Position numbers and translations under genes: made by a program
In this document: piece after piece, positions 10,130 to 19,488 of the stretch
Numbering within the stretch: the stretch's first letter is position 1
Layout of the letters: each line of letters begins with the position of its first letter
Notes under the pieces: generated by a model
Told to the model about the DNA's origin: nothing
Database searches by the model: none
What the model saw: only the letters and a program-made list of their open reading frames with translations
Source of the DNA: an uncultured bacterium
GTDB taxonomy: Bacteria; Oederibacteriota; PGYV01; CAWJRG01
Direction: 5' to 3'
NCBI GenBank assembly: GCA_963845185.1
Contig: CAWJRG010000010.1
Coordinates: 224,001 to 288,000 of the forward strand
DNA length: 64,000 bases

Positions 10130-11119
10130 TTATTTTACAATGCAAACCTTTCTTTTCGTCTCCACAAGCCCGGTCTTTATGTATATCACGTAAATCCCGG
10201 CGCTCACCTGCGCGCCAGTATCGTCGTAGCCATTCCATGAATCCTCATATATCCCGGTTTCCCTGAACCCGGATTCTATCGTTTTTATCGGTTCGCCCCT
10301 CCTGTCATATACTTTAATCAGGATTTCCGAAGGCTGCGCCACTTTGTACTGCACGGTTACGCTTTCGCCTTTTTCAGGGTTAATGACATTGTTTTTTATC
10401 TGAAGGTCTTCTTTCATCTCTTCCTCTGTCGGCGTCTTTTGTACTTCCGCCGCGCTTACGCTGTTTCCGCTTTCAACTGCAGCCCCGGACCGCTGTTGCG
10501 CCGCGCCCGTGTTAACCTGCTTTCCTGCCAGCGCCAGCGATATATGCGGCACAGCCTGGCCGCCCTCATTTTGCGTGACCGCGGCCTCTTTTGCCTGCGT
10601 TGTCTTGTTCCCCTCTGCTTCCTGCTTTTTTGCTTGTGCCTGTTTATTTTCAGCAACCATCTGCTTTTCCTTGGCTGCGGCCTCCTGTTTCTTTGGCTGA
10701 GCAGCTGCCTGCAAAACCGGCATTTTTTTCTGTGCTGCTAAAGTCTGGGGCTTATTCGCCTGCGCAACCTTTTGCCCCTGCGTATTTGTGCTGAACCTGA
10801 CGCCAAAAACCAGTATTAATATCACGGCGAGCACTGCCGCGGCTGCCTGAGGCACCAGCGGCCTCTGTAATATGGATTTAACAGCCCTCTGCCATGTCAC
10901 GGGCGGCTGCTCTTTCAGCCTCAGCCACACAGCGTCGTTAAAATCCAAAGGGATGTTTACCTTTTCTTTTTCACGGAAAGCGGCTTTCATTTTGTTTATT
11001 ACGCTGAATTCCCTTGCGCACGCAGGGCATTCCCGCATGTGCTCCAGGGCATTTTCATTTAATGCTTTGCCTTCCGTGTATTCCTCTAATATCTTTTTAA
11101 ATTCCCTGCATTTCATCAC
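10130..11119 (-). CDS. Zinc-finger (zf-HC2) anti-sigma factor with TM helix, charged linker and C-terminal FlgD-Ig-like domain
   Basis: HMRECPAC (HxxxCxxC); hydrophobic AAAVLAVILILVFGV; C-terminus IKVYDRRG...WNGYDDTGAQVSAGIY...KVCIVK; overlaps the sigma stop codon. Confidence 0.85.
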   Translation of the reverse strand: MMKCREFKKILEEYTEGKALNENALEHMRECPACAREFSVINKMKAAFREKEKVNIPLDFNDAVWLRLKEQPPVTWQRAVKSILQRPLVPQAAAAVLAVILILVFGVRFSTNTQGQKVAQANKPQTLAAQKKMPVLQAAAQPKKQEAAAKEKQMVAENKQAQAKKQEAEGNKTTQAKEAAVTQNEGGQAVPHISLALAGKQVNTGAAQQRSGAAVESGNSVSAAEVQKTPTEEEMKEDLQIKNNVINPEKGESVTVQYKVAQPSEILIKVYDRRGEPIKTIESGFRETGIYEDSWNGYDDTGAQVSAGIYVIYIKTGLVETKRKVCIVK

Positions 11120-11697
11120 TTATCACCAAGTTTTTCCATGAGCCTTTTCCTCAGTTTTTCCCTCGCGCGCCACAGCTTTGATTTTACGCTGCCAACCGGC
11201 ATTTTCAATATCTTTGCCATCTCCTCGTATTCCATTCCTTCAATGTCCCGCAGTATCACCACTGATTTTTCCTCAGGCTCCAGGTTGTCAACTTCAGCCA
11301 TTATCACGGCACGTGTTTCTTTCGTTTCCATTTCCTCGTCCGCGAGCTGGTTTGTGTCTTTTACGTCAACCTGCCTTTCATTGTCTTCCTCGTCCGCTGT
11401 TAAAGAACCGGTTTCAAAAAACCTTCTCCTTTTCAGGAAGGTCCTCCTGTTCAGGCAAATGTTAACCGTTATCCTGTAAAGCCACGTTGAAACTTTTGAC
11501 TTAAACTCAAAGCTTTTTAATTCGGCATACGCCTTGCAGAAAACCTCCTGCGCGATATCCACCGCCTCGTCCGTGTTCCTCATGTACCTGTAGCAGAGTT
11601 CTGTAATGCGCTGCCTGTAAACTGTTATTATCCTTTCAAATATCTTTTTATCGCCTTTTTGCGCTTTTTTAATCTCGCTAAAATTCACTTCTTCCAT
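11116..11697 (-). CDS. ECF sigma-70 family RNA polymerase sigma factor
   Basis: DIAQEVF, STWLYRITVN, ILRDIEGMEYEEMAKILKMPVGSVKSKLWRAR. Confidence 0.95.
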   Translation of the reverse strand: MEEVNFSEIKKAQKGDKKIFERIITVYRQRITELCYRYMRNTDEAVDIAQEVFCKAYAELKSFEFKSKVSTWLYRITVNICLNRRTFLKRRRFFETGSLTADEEDNERQVDVKDTNQLADEEMETKETRAVIMAEVDNLEPEEKSVVILRDIEGMEYEEMAKILKMPVGSVKSKLWRAREKLRKRLMEKLGDK

Positions 11698-11716
11698 TTA
11701 TTCCTCTTCTGCCTCT

Positions 11717-11745
11717 TTTGACAATTTTTAGCCGGAAAAGTTCCA
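11717..11745 (-). promoter_or_regulatory. Putative autoregulatory ECF promoter TGGAAC-N17-GTCAAA
   Basis: Minus strand TGGAACTTTTCCGGCTAAAAATTGTCAAA, ~20 nt upstream of the sigma ATG. Confidence 0.8.
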
Positions 11746-11852
11746 ATTATTTTCATATTTTTTGGTTTAACTCCGGCTTTGGCCCCAATTATATAATAAA
11801 ATCGGCATTTTGTAACAGTTTTTTTGCGATGCCGGAAATACCGTATTTGCCT

Positions 11853-11885
11853 TTTTACTGCCGGCGCGTTGCCCCGGCAGTAAAA
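11853..11885. repeat. 12-bp perfect inverted repeat between the divergent sigma and glgP genes
   Basis: TTTTACTGCCGG-N9-CCGGCAGTAAAA. Confidence 0.5.
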
Positions 11886-12023
11886 TTTGTCTTTTCTGAA
11901 AAACCTTTTTATGCTAATATATGCGTGCTGTTTTGGGGCGTTTAATCCCCCGGGCTTTGTGCCCGTGAGACTCTAAAAATTAAAACCATTGGCTTTGTCA
12001 TTTATTATATGGAAGGAGCTTGA

Positions 12024-14582
12024 ATGAAATTCAGAGAATTCAGCGTAATACCGAATTTGCCCGACAAGCTTGAGCCTTTGATTGTACTGGCTTATAATTT
12101 GTGGTGGGCATGGGATTCAGAGGCGTTTGCGCTATTCAGGGATATTGACCCTGATTTATGGAGTGTTGTTTCGCATAACGCCGTAAAGCTTTTATACCAG
12201 GTCTCCCAGGAGCGCCTGGACGTGCTGTCAAACGACGAAGGGTTTTTATTCAGGATTAAGACCATCTTAAACCGGCTTAACCAGTACATGACAAGGTCCA
12301 CATGGTATGAGAAAGTCAAGAACAGCCTGCCTGAAAATTTCAGGATAGCATATTTCTCCGCCGAATACGGCATCGCTGAATGCCTGCCTGTATACTCCGG
12401 CGGCCTTGGTGTCCTGGCCGGCGACTATTTGAAATCGGCAAGCGACCTTGGCCTGCCGCTTGTTGCCGTGGGCCTTTTATATTCCCAGGGTTATTTTCAC
12501 CAGTATCTGACCCGCGACGGCTGGCAGCAGGAAAAATATGTCACATACGATTACCACATCTCGCCCATTTCAATCGTAAAAAATAACGACGGTTCGCCGA
12601 TGGTGCTCGAAATCGGCATGCCCAACGGCCCCATGAAATTCAGGATATGGAAAGCCCAGGTGGGCAGGGTTTCGCTTTACCTTCTTGACACAAACCTGCC
12701 TGAAAATCCACCTGAATACACTGCCATAACATCCCAGCTTTACGGCGGCGACCTGGAAATGAGGGTAAAGCAGGAATTCCTGCTTGGAATAGGCGGCATA
12801 GTCGCGCTTTCGGCGCTGGGCTTAAACCCGACGGTAACGCACATGAACGAGGGGCACTCAGCCTTTCTGTCTCTTGAGCGCATCAAAACTTTCATAAAAG
12901 ATAATAATTTTTCATTCGCCGAGGCGCGCGAGCTTGTTGCCGCGTCAAACGGGTTTACCACGCATACGCCCGTGCCTGCCGGGAACGACAGGTTCCCGCG
13001 GGACCTTATGGAAAAATATCTGAAAGGCTACGTAGAAAACAGCCTAAAAATATCCTTCGACGACTTTTTAAAGCTGGGCAAAGTTTACCCCGAGGATAAA
13101 AACGAGTTTTTCTGCATGACCGTGCTCGCGCTTAAGCTGTCAAACTTCAATAACGGCGTCAGCAAACTGCACGGGCACGTAAGCAGGACAATGTGGAAGG
13201 ACATATGGAGCGATATCCCGGTGGATGACGTGCCCATTACCCACATCACAAACGGCATACATATGAACTCATGGATTTCAAAGGAAATCTCGGATTTGTT
13301 TTTCAGGTACCTTGGGACCCGCTGGGTTGACGCGCCCGACGACCACGAGATATGGAAAAGGGTCGGAGAAATCCCGGACATCGAGCTCTGGCGCACGCAC
13401 GAGAGAAGGCGCGAGAGGCTCGTGGACTTTGTAAGGCGCAAAATAAAAAAACAGTTAAAGGACAAGGGCGCTTCCCAGGAGGAAATCGACAAAGCTTCCG
13501 AAGTGCTGGACCCGGAAGCGCTCACGATAGGCTTCGCGCGTAGGTTTGCCACTTATAAAAGGGCCACTTTGATATTCAAGGACATAGAACGGATAATCAA
13601 AATCCTCACGAATAAAACCATGCCTGTGCAGATAATTTTTGCCGGCAAGGCCCACCCGAAAGACGACGCCGGCAAGGAATTTATAAAACAGGTTTTTTTA
13701 ATGGCAGAAAAAGAGGAGCTAAAGAACAGGATAGTTTTCCTCGAGGACTACGACCTGAACTGCGCGCATTACCTGGTGCAGGGGGTCGACGTCTGGCTCA
13801 ACAACCCGCAGAGGCCGCTTGAAGCCAGCGGCACTTCCGGCATGAAGGTGAATTTTAACGGCGGCCTTAATTTAAGCACGGTGGACGGCTGGTGGGCTGA
13901 AAAGCCTGAAGCCGACAGCGGCTGGTCCATAGGAAACGGCGAGGAATACAACGACGGCGAGTACCAGGACAAGGTGGAGTCAGCCGCGCTGTACGAGCTT
14001 CTGGAAAACCATATTGTCCCGCTTTTTTACAAAAGGGGCGGCGATGACCTGCCTCATGAATGGATTAAAAAAATGAAAACTTCCATGCAGTCGCTTTGCC
14101 CCATATTCAACACAAACAGGATGGTAATGGAATACGCCGAGAAATTCTACAAGCCCGGCGCCGGGCAGTTTTTAAGCTTTATACCCAATAACTATGACAA
14201 ATTAAGGAACCTGGCGCGGTGGAAGGATAAAATACAGAAAAAATGGGAAGCGACGCGGGTAACCGAAGTAATAGAAGACAAGAAAAAAGACATAAAACTC
14301 GGGGAAGCGTTTAAGATAAGGGCGGTAGTGCACGTGGACGGCCTGGCTGCCGAGGACCTGCTTGCCGAAGTTTATTACGGTTACTCGGAAGTCGACGACG
14401 TTCTTGCCAATGTTGCGACATTAAAAATGAACCTGGTTGAAAAGCGGGACAACAATACTTTTGTTTTCGAGGCCAATATCCCCGCTTCCTCATCAGGAAT
14501 AGTAAAATATACAATACGGGTATTGCCCTATCACCCTGAATTAAAAGTTAAATTTATTCCCGGCTATGTTTGCTGGGCTTAA
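12024..14582 (+). CDS. glgP: Alpha-glucan (glycogen/maltodextrin) phosphorylase
   Basis: YSGGLGVLAGD, HMNEGH, GFARRFATYKRA, EASGTSGMK PLP-binding motif. Confidence 0.97.
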   Translation: MKFREFSVIPNLPDKLEPLIVLAYNLWWAWDSEAFALFRDIDPDLWSVVSHNAVKLLYQVSQERLDVLSNDEGFLFRIKTILNRLNQYMTRSTWYEKVKNSLPENFRIAYFSAEYGIAECLPVYSGGLGVLAGDYLKSASDLGLPLVAVGLLYSQGYFHQYLTRDGWQQEKYVTYDYHISPISIVKNNDGSPMVLEIGMPNGPMKFRIWKAQVGRVSLYLLDTNLPENPPEYTAITSQLYGGDLEMRVKQEFLLGIGGIVALSALGLNPTVTHMNEGHSAFLSLERIKTFIKDNNFSFAEARELVAASNGFTTHTPVPAGNDRFPRDLMEKYLKGYVENSLKISFDDFLKLGKVYPEDKNEFFCMTVLALKLSNFNNGVSKLHGHVSRTMWKDIWSDIPVDDVPITHITNGIHMNSWISKEISDLFFRYLGTRWVDAPDDHEIWKRVGEIPDIELWRTHERRRERLVDFVRRKIKKQLKDKGASQEEIDKASEVLDPEALTIGFARRFATYKRATLIFKDIERIIKILTNKTMPVQIIFAGKAHPKDDAGKEFIKQVFLMAEKEELKNRIVFLEDYDLNCAHYLVQGVDVWLNNPQRPLEASGTSGMKVNFNGGLNLSTVDGWWAEKPEADSGWSIGNGEEYNDGEYQDKVESAALYELLENHIVPLFYKRGGDDLPHEWIKKMKTSMQSLCPIFNTNRMVMEYAEKFYKPGAGQFLSFIPNNYDKLRNLARWKDKIQKKWEATRVTEVIEDKKKDIKLGEAFKIRAVVHVDGLAAEDLLAEVYYGYSEVDDVLANVATLKMNLVEKRDNNTFVFEANIPASSSGIVKYTIRVLPYHPELKVKFIPGYVCWA

Positions 14583-14606
14583 AATCATAAACAGGAGGCG
14601 CTGGAA

Positions 14607-14996
14607 ATGGCTGTAAGGAGTTTTCAAAACCAGGATTTCCACGATCACGTTATTAAAACCTTAAAAGAAGTCTACAGCCGGCGCAAGGATGTCAAAGAGG
14701 TTTACGTCAACCCGGCCCAGGAAAAAAACGCGGCTTTGCACGGCATATACCCGGACGTTATAGTCAAAAACCAGAGGGGTTATTTGATTTTCGAGGTTGA
14801 AACCATGGATTCTATAACCGACGATGAGGCAATGGAGTGGTCAAATATCTCGACTCTCGGCACTTTTTACCTTGTAGTTCCGGACTCGTCCCAGGAAGAC
14901 ACAGTAAAGCTTCTCGTGAAGCACGTTTTAAGAAAAGCCATTATCATTACTTACAAGCTGGCGGAAAACAAGCTGGTCTTTTCAAAACTCCCGTAA
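14607..14996 (+). CDS. Hypothetical protein with a PD-(D/E)xK-like motif
   Basis: Strong SD (GGAGG); YPDVIV...IFEVET. Confidence 0.6.
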   Translation: MAVRSFQNQDFHDHVIKTLKEVYSRRKDVKEVYVNPAQEKNAALHGIYPDVIVKNQRGYLIFEVETMDSITDDEAMEWSNISTLGTFYLVVPDSSQEDTVKLLVKHVLRKAIIITYKLAENKLVFSKLP

Positions 14997-15028
14997 TCTA
15001 TCCCCTTCCAGGCAAGAGTATAGCGGCA

Positions 15029-18000
15029 TTATAATAATTCCACTATCATATCCATGAACTGCTTTTCATCCTTGAATTCTGCTTCCATCTTGTTCCCGGA
15101 AAACTTCACATGAGGCCTGTATTTGTTCGCGAATTTCTGGAATTTGCCCTGGTCTATTCCCTTTTTATCTCCCCATAATATAATGAGTTTCCCGTCTTTT
15201 TCCGATATCTCGCCTGCCTTTAATTTCCTGCCGATGGCTTTTAACTTGCCTACAAAAAGTATGTTTTTTACTTCTTCGGGGTATTCGCCCCATATGTCCT
15301 TTAAATCCGCGCTTATTTTTTTTATGTCCTCAAGCTCGCGCGCCAGGAAAAGCCTGCGGTAAATCCTGAGTTTCTCAGCTGAATCCCATATATAACTTTC
15401 AGGTATAAAAGCCATAAACCCCACTTTTATTTTCGTGTCCACCTCATTTTCTATTTCCTCGCCTTTCATTTTCGAGACAGCCTCTTCCAGCATGCGGCAG
15501 TAAAGTTCAAACCCTATTTTCTCCATGTTTCCGTGCTGCTTTATGCCGAGTATGTTTCCTGCGCCGCGCAGTTCAAGGTCCTTCATCGCGATCCTGAACC
15601 CGGCGCCCGGGTCCACGTAGCTTTCTATTGTCTTTAACCGCTCTTCCGCTACTCCTGACATTGCCCGCCTGTCGTGCACCATGAGGTACGCGTAAGCCTG
15701 CCTGTCCCTGCGTCCAACCCTGCCCCTCAGCTGGTACAACTGGCCCAGGCCAAAATTTTCGGCGCTGCTTATTATTATCGTGTTCACGTCCGGCATGTCG
15801 AGGCCGGCCTCTATTATAGTGGTAGTTATAAGGACGTCGAATTTGCGCGCAAGAAAATCCGACATTATCTTCTCAAGCTCGTGCTTGGGCATCCTGCCGT
15901 GCGCCGTCCTGAATTTTACTTCAGGCAAATTCTGCTCGAGTATTTCCTTGAGCTTATTTATTGTCTTGATGTTGTTATGCACGTAAAAAACCTGGCCGTG
16001 CCTCAGGATTTCCCTCAGGATAATTTCCTTTGCCGCGTTTAATTTCTCCTCCACTATGTAAGTCTCAATCGGCTTTTTTCCGGCAGGCGGCGTATTTATC
16101 GTGCTTATGTCCCTTATTCCCGAAAGCGAGAAATAAAGCGTCCTTGGTATGGGCGTGGCCGTGAGCGTGAGTATATCTGCCTCGGGATATTTTTTCCTCA
16201 GCGACTCTTTGGCTTTCACCCCGAAATGCTGCTCCTCGTCTATTATTACAAGCCCGATATCCGGGATTTCAATGTCCTGGGACAGCACCGCGTGCGTGCC
16301 TATCAGTATGTCTATCTTCCCCTCTTTTAATTTTCTGATGATCTCCTTTCTTTTTTTAGCTGATACAAGCCGCGAAATCATCTCTATATTGACGGAATAA
16401 TCCGCCATCCTTTCCTTAAAAACCATGAAATGCTGCTGCGCCAGCAGCGTGGTCGAAGTCAGCATCAAGGCCCGGCTTCCGGCGTTTATTGCCTTAAAAG
16501 CCGCCCGCATGGCAACCTCGGTTTTGCCGAAACCCGCGTCCCCGCATACCAGCCTGTCCATCTGTTTCTGCCTTTCCATGTCGCGCTTGACGTCCTCTAT
16601 TGCCTTTGCTTGGTCAGGCGTCTCGTCATATATGAATGCGTCCTCGAATATTTTTTGTTCTTCCCCGTCTTCCGGGAACTGTATGCCGCCTGCCACCTGC
16701 CTTTTTGCGTAAATCCTTAAAAGCTCTTCTGCCATGGCGCGCATTTCTCGGTAAATTTCCTCTTTTGTCCTGCGCCACACAGGCGAGCCGAAAGCTGAAA
16801 GCGCTGGCACCCTGTCCGAGCCTATGTACTTGTCTATAAGGTTTATCTTGTAGATCGGCAGATAAAGCCTGTCATCGCCCGCGTATTTGATATGTATAAA
16901 ATCCCCGGTAAAATCTTCTATTGTCAACGTTTTAATGCCGGTGAATATCCCTATACCGTGGTCCACATGAACCACATGGTCTCCTTCTTTTAATTCCATA
17001 TAATGTTTTACCGGCTTTAAGAACCTGGATTTTATTTTTCTTGTCGGCTTGCCTGAGTACCTCTCAAAAACCTCCCTGTTTGAAATCACGCACAATTTTA
17101 TGTCGGGCAGGACGCAGCCCCTGTAGATATCGGCAATTAAAAACTTTATATTGGATAACGGCCTGCCCATAACGCTGGTTTCATGGTTTTTTATTATTTC
17201 TTTTATATGCTCGCTTTCTGCCTCGTTGTCTGATATCAGGCAGGTCGAGTATCCTTTGGCCTGCATCTGGCCGATGTAATCAAAAAATATACCCAAATTC
17301 CTTTTAAAAAGCGGGTTTATCCTTATCCTGAATTTTATTCCTCTTGCCTGTTTCGGTATAGAAAATGTCCTTAATTTCTGGAATCCGTTCAGTTTTCTAA
17401 AAATATTCCTGAGCGTGAAAAGGTTTTCCTCTGCCTCGTCGATATGCAGGTATTTTTCTATTTTCGAAATCTTCGCAATTATCTCGTTTTTCACCCTGTC
17501 CACGTCGTCGATTACTACAAGGGTGTCTTTGCCCGAAAAATAGTCTATTATCGAATGTTTTTTTTCGTTATTTTTGTTTCCGGGGTTGTAAAGAGACAGC
17601 TCTATTTTATCCAGCTGTTTTGTCGTGCTGTAAGTTTCAAGTGAAAAAAGCCTTATGCTTTCTATTTCGTCGCCGAAGACCGATATCCGCAGGGGATATT
17701 CGTAATCCGGGGAAAAAATGTCGATAATGTCGCCCCTTATGCTGTATTCAAAAACCTCCTCGACTTTCAGCGTCTTGCTGTAATTGTTCTCGGCAAGTAT
17801 TTCGTTCATTGCTTCTATCTTCAGTTTTTTGCCTTTTTCAAACGTCAAAAAATATTTTTTTGTTTGCGCCGGACCAGGTATTTTTTCAGAAAGGGCGTCT
17901 ATGTTGGTTACAATGACTTTTGATGCGCTCATGAATATCTGTTTGTAGGTCGCGGCACGCTCCTTTGAGATTTCCTTTGACGATTGTATGTGCCGGTAAA

Positions 18001-18265
18001 TAAGGCTGTCGTCAGCCGGGTAAAAAAGCACTTCCTTGCTTATTTTGAATATTTTTTTCAGGCTGTCTATTTCGGAGTAAATGGAATATATGTCTTCCGA
18101 AGAAGTTACTATGAATATGTCCTTTTTTACCTTTGCGGCCAAAAATGCGTAGAATATCCCCCTGAAACAGTCGGTCAGGCCCCCCGCGAAGATGTTGCGG
18201 CTGCCCGCCTCTGCCTCTTTTAAAACATCCTTTATTTCCCTGTATTGTTCGAGCAAGTCAAACAT
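15029..18265 (-). CDS. mfd: Transcription-repair coupling factor
   Basis: VVHVDHGIG, DRLVCGDAGFGKTEVA, DEEQHFGV, TATPIPRTL, QLRGRVGR, DLELRGAGN. Confidence 0.97.
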   Translation of the reverse strand: MFDLLEQYREIKDVLKEAEAGSRNIFAGGLTDCFRGIFYAFLAAKVKKDIFIVTSSEDIYSIYSEIDSLKKIFKISKEVLFYPADDSLIYRHIQSSKEISKERAATYKQIFMSASKVIVTNIDALSEKIPGPAQTKKYFLTFEKGKKLKIEAMNEILAENNYSKTLKVEEVFEYSIRGDIIDIFSPDYEYPLRISVFGDEIESIRLFSLETYSTTKQLDKIELSLYNPGNKNNEKKHSIIDYFSGKDTLVVIDDVDRVKNEIIAKISKIEKYLHIDEAEENLFTLRNIFRKLNGFQKLRTFSIPKQARGIKFRIRINPLFKRNLGIFFDYIGQMQAKGYSTCLISDNEAESEHIKEIIKNHETSVMGRPLSNIKFLIADIYRGCVLPDIKLCVISNREVFERYSGKPTRKIKSRFLKPVKHYMELKEGDHVVHVDHGIGIFTGIKTLTIEDFTGDFIHIKYAGDDRLYLPIYKINLIDKYIGSDRVPALSAFGSPVWRRTKEEIYREMRAMAEELLRIYAKRQVAGGIQFPEDGEEQKIFEDAFIYDETPDQAKAIEDVKRDMERQKQMDRLVCGDAGFGKTEVAMRAAFKAINAGSRALMLTSTTLLAQQHFMVFKERMADYSVNIEMISRLVSAKKRKEIIRKLKEGKIDILIGTHAVLSQDIEIPDIGLVIIDEEQHFGVKAKESLRKKYPEADILTLTATPIPRTLYFSLSGIRDISTINTPPAGKKPIETYIVEEKLNAAKEIILREILRHGQVFYVHNNIKTINKLKEILEQNLPEVKFRTAHGRMPKHELEKIMSDFLARKFDVLITTTIIEAGLDMPDVNTIIISSAENFGLGQLYQLRGRVGRRDRQAYAYLMVHDRRAMSGVAEERLKTIESYVDPGAGFRIAMKDLELRGAGNILGIKQHGNMEKIGFELYCRMLEEAVSKMKGEEIENEVDTKIKVGFMAFIPESYIWDSAEKLRIYRRLFLARELEDIKKISADLKDIWGEYPEEVKNILFVGKLKAIGRKLKAGEISEKDGKLIILWGDKKGIDQGKFQKFANKYRPHVKFSGNKMEAEFKDEKQFMDMIVELL

Positions 18266-18303
18266 ATAACATATAAAAACAAAATTACCGGTTTATAAAA
18301 CCA

Positions 18304-18759
18304 TCATAAGATTTTAAAATATATCAATGCCCAAATAAGTATATTTCCGTAGACTCCTGTTATCGCGTCATCCGCCATAATGCCGTTGCCTCCGTATAAT
18401 TCCTGCGACTGGTACGCCGGCGGCGGCTTGATGATGTCGAGTATTCTGGCTATAAAAAAACCCGCAATCATTCGTTTTAAAGTGTATGGTATAAACATCA
18501 TAGTGATGAGGAACCCCACAACCTCGTCAATCACCACTTTGTGAGGGTCCTTTTCTTTAAAAATCGCAGCCGCATAATTTGATGCCCATATACCGATAAA
18601 AAAAAGAGCGACGGTTATGATGAAATAAACAGCCGGGTGCATGTTCCTGAATAAAAAATAATAAAAAGGCAAAAAACACAGCGTGGCAAAAGTCCCTGAA
18701 CCTTTCGGTAAGTAACCGGTGTAAAAAAAAGTAGATATTATTATGATTAACTGCCGCAT
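18304..18759 (-). CDS. pgpA: Phosphatidylglycerophosphatase A
   Basis: GYLPKGSGT, DPHKVVIDEVVG, GIMADD. Confidence 0.93.
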   Translation of the reverse strand: MRQLIIIISTFFYTGYLPKGSGTFATLCFLPFYYFLFRNMHPAVYFIITVALFFIGIWASNYAAAIFKEKDPHKVVIDEVVGFLITMMFIPYTLKRMIAGFFIARILDIIKPPPAYQSQELYGGNGIMADDAITGVYGNILIWALIYFKIL

Positions 18760-18849
18760 GTTTGCACCTGTTCGAAAATTCCAAATTTTGTATGGAATTC
18801 TGTCGCGTCTTTTATATCTGAAATTTGAATTTTAAAATTTGAAATATAA

Positions 18850-19488
18850 CTACACTTCATTGTCAAAAAGTTTCCTGTTCCTGAAAAAATAATCAAAGCC
18901 CGATACAAGCGCAAGTATGGCAGCGACGAACATAAGCCAGTATGGCGCGTAATAAATCAGGTAAAGAATTGCCTTGCCTGCGTTACCGCCGTCCATCAGG
19001 GCTTTTTCCCACGGGGAAGCGTAAAATTCGATGGTATTCTGAATGGCAATCAAGGCCAGTATTATGATTATTGCCAGTATCTGCATTAGTGTTTTTGTTT
19101 TGCCCCAACCAGACGCCTCGATAATATCCCCGCCTTTTTTCGCTGCCATTATCCTGACGCCTGAAACAAAGAAATCCCTGCTTATTATTATTATCACCAT
19201 CCATGCCTGCACTATACCGAGCTGGACAAAACAAATAAAAGCGGAAAAAACGAGCAGCTTGTCCGCCACGGGGTCCATTATTTTGCCGAAATCGCTGACT
19301 ATTTTATATTTCCTAGCTATGTAACCGTCAAGGTAATCCGTGAACGCCCCAAGCGCGAAAAGCAAAAGTGCGGTGTAATTCAATATTATGTTGTTTGTCA
19401 GCACGCATGGTATGAATGCTATCGGCACGACCATTCTTAACAACGTGAGTCTGTTGGGCCATTTTTCAAACTTAATAATTTTTTTCAA
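18850..19488 (-). CDS. pgsA: CDP-diacylglycerol--glycerol-3-phosphate 3-phosphatidyltransferase
   Basis: PNRLTLLR and DYLDGYIAR...FGKIMDPVADK. Confidence 0.95.
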   Translation of the reverse strand: MKKIIKFEKWPNRLTLLRMVVPIAFIPCVLTNNIILNYTALLLFALGAFTDYLDGYIARKYKIVSDFGKIMDPVADKLLVFSAFICFVQLGIVQAWMVIIIISRDFFVSGVRIMAAKKGGDIIEASGWGKTKTLMQILAIIIILALIAIQNTIEFYASPWEKALMDGGNAGKAILYLIYYAPYWLMFVAAILALVSGFDYFFRNRKLFDNEV

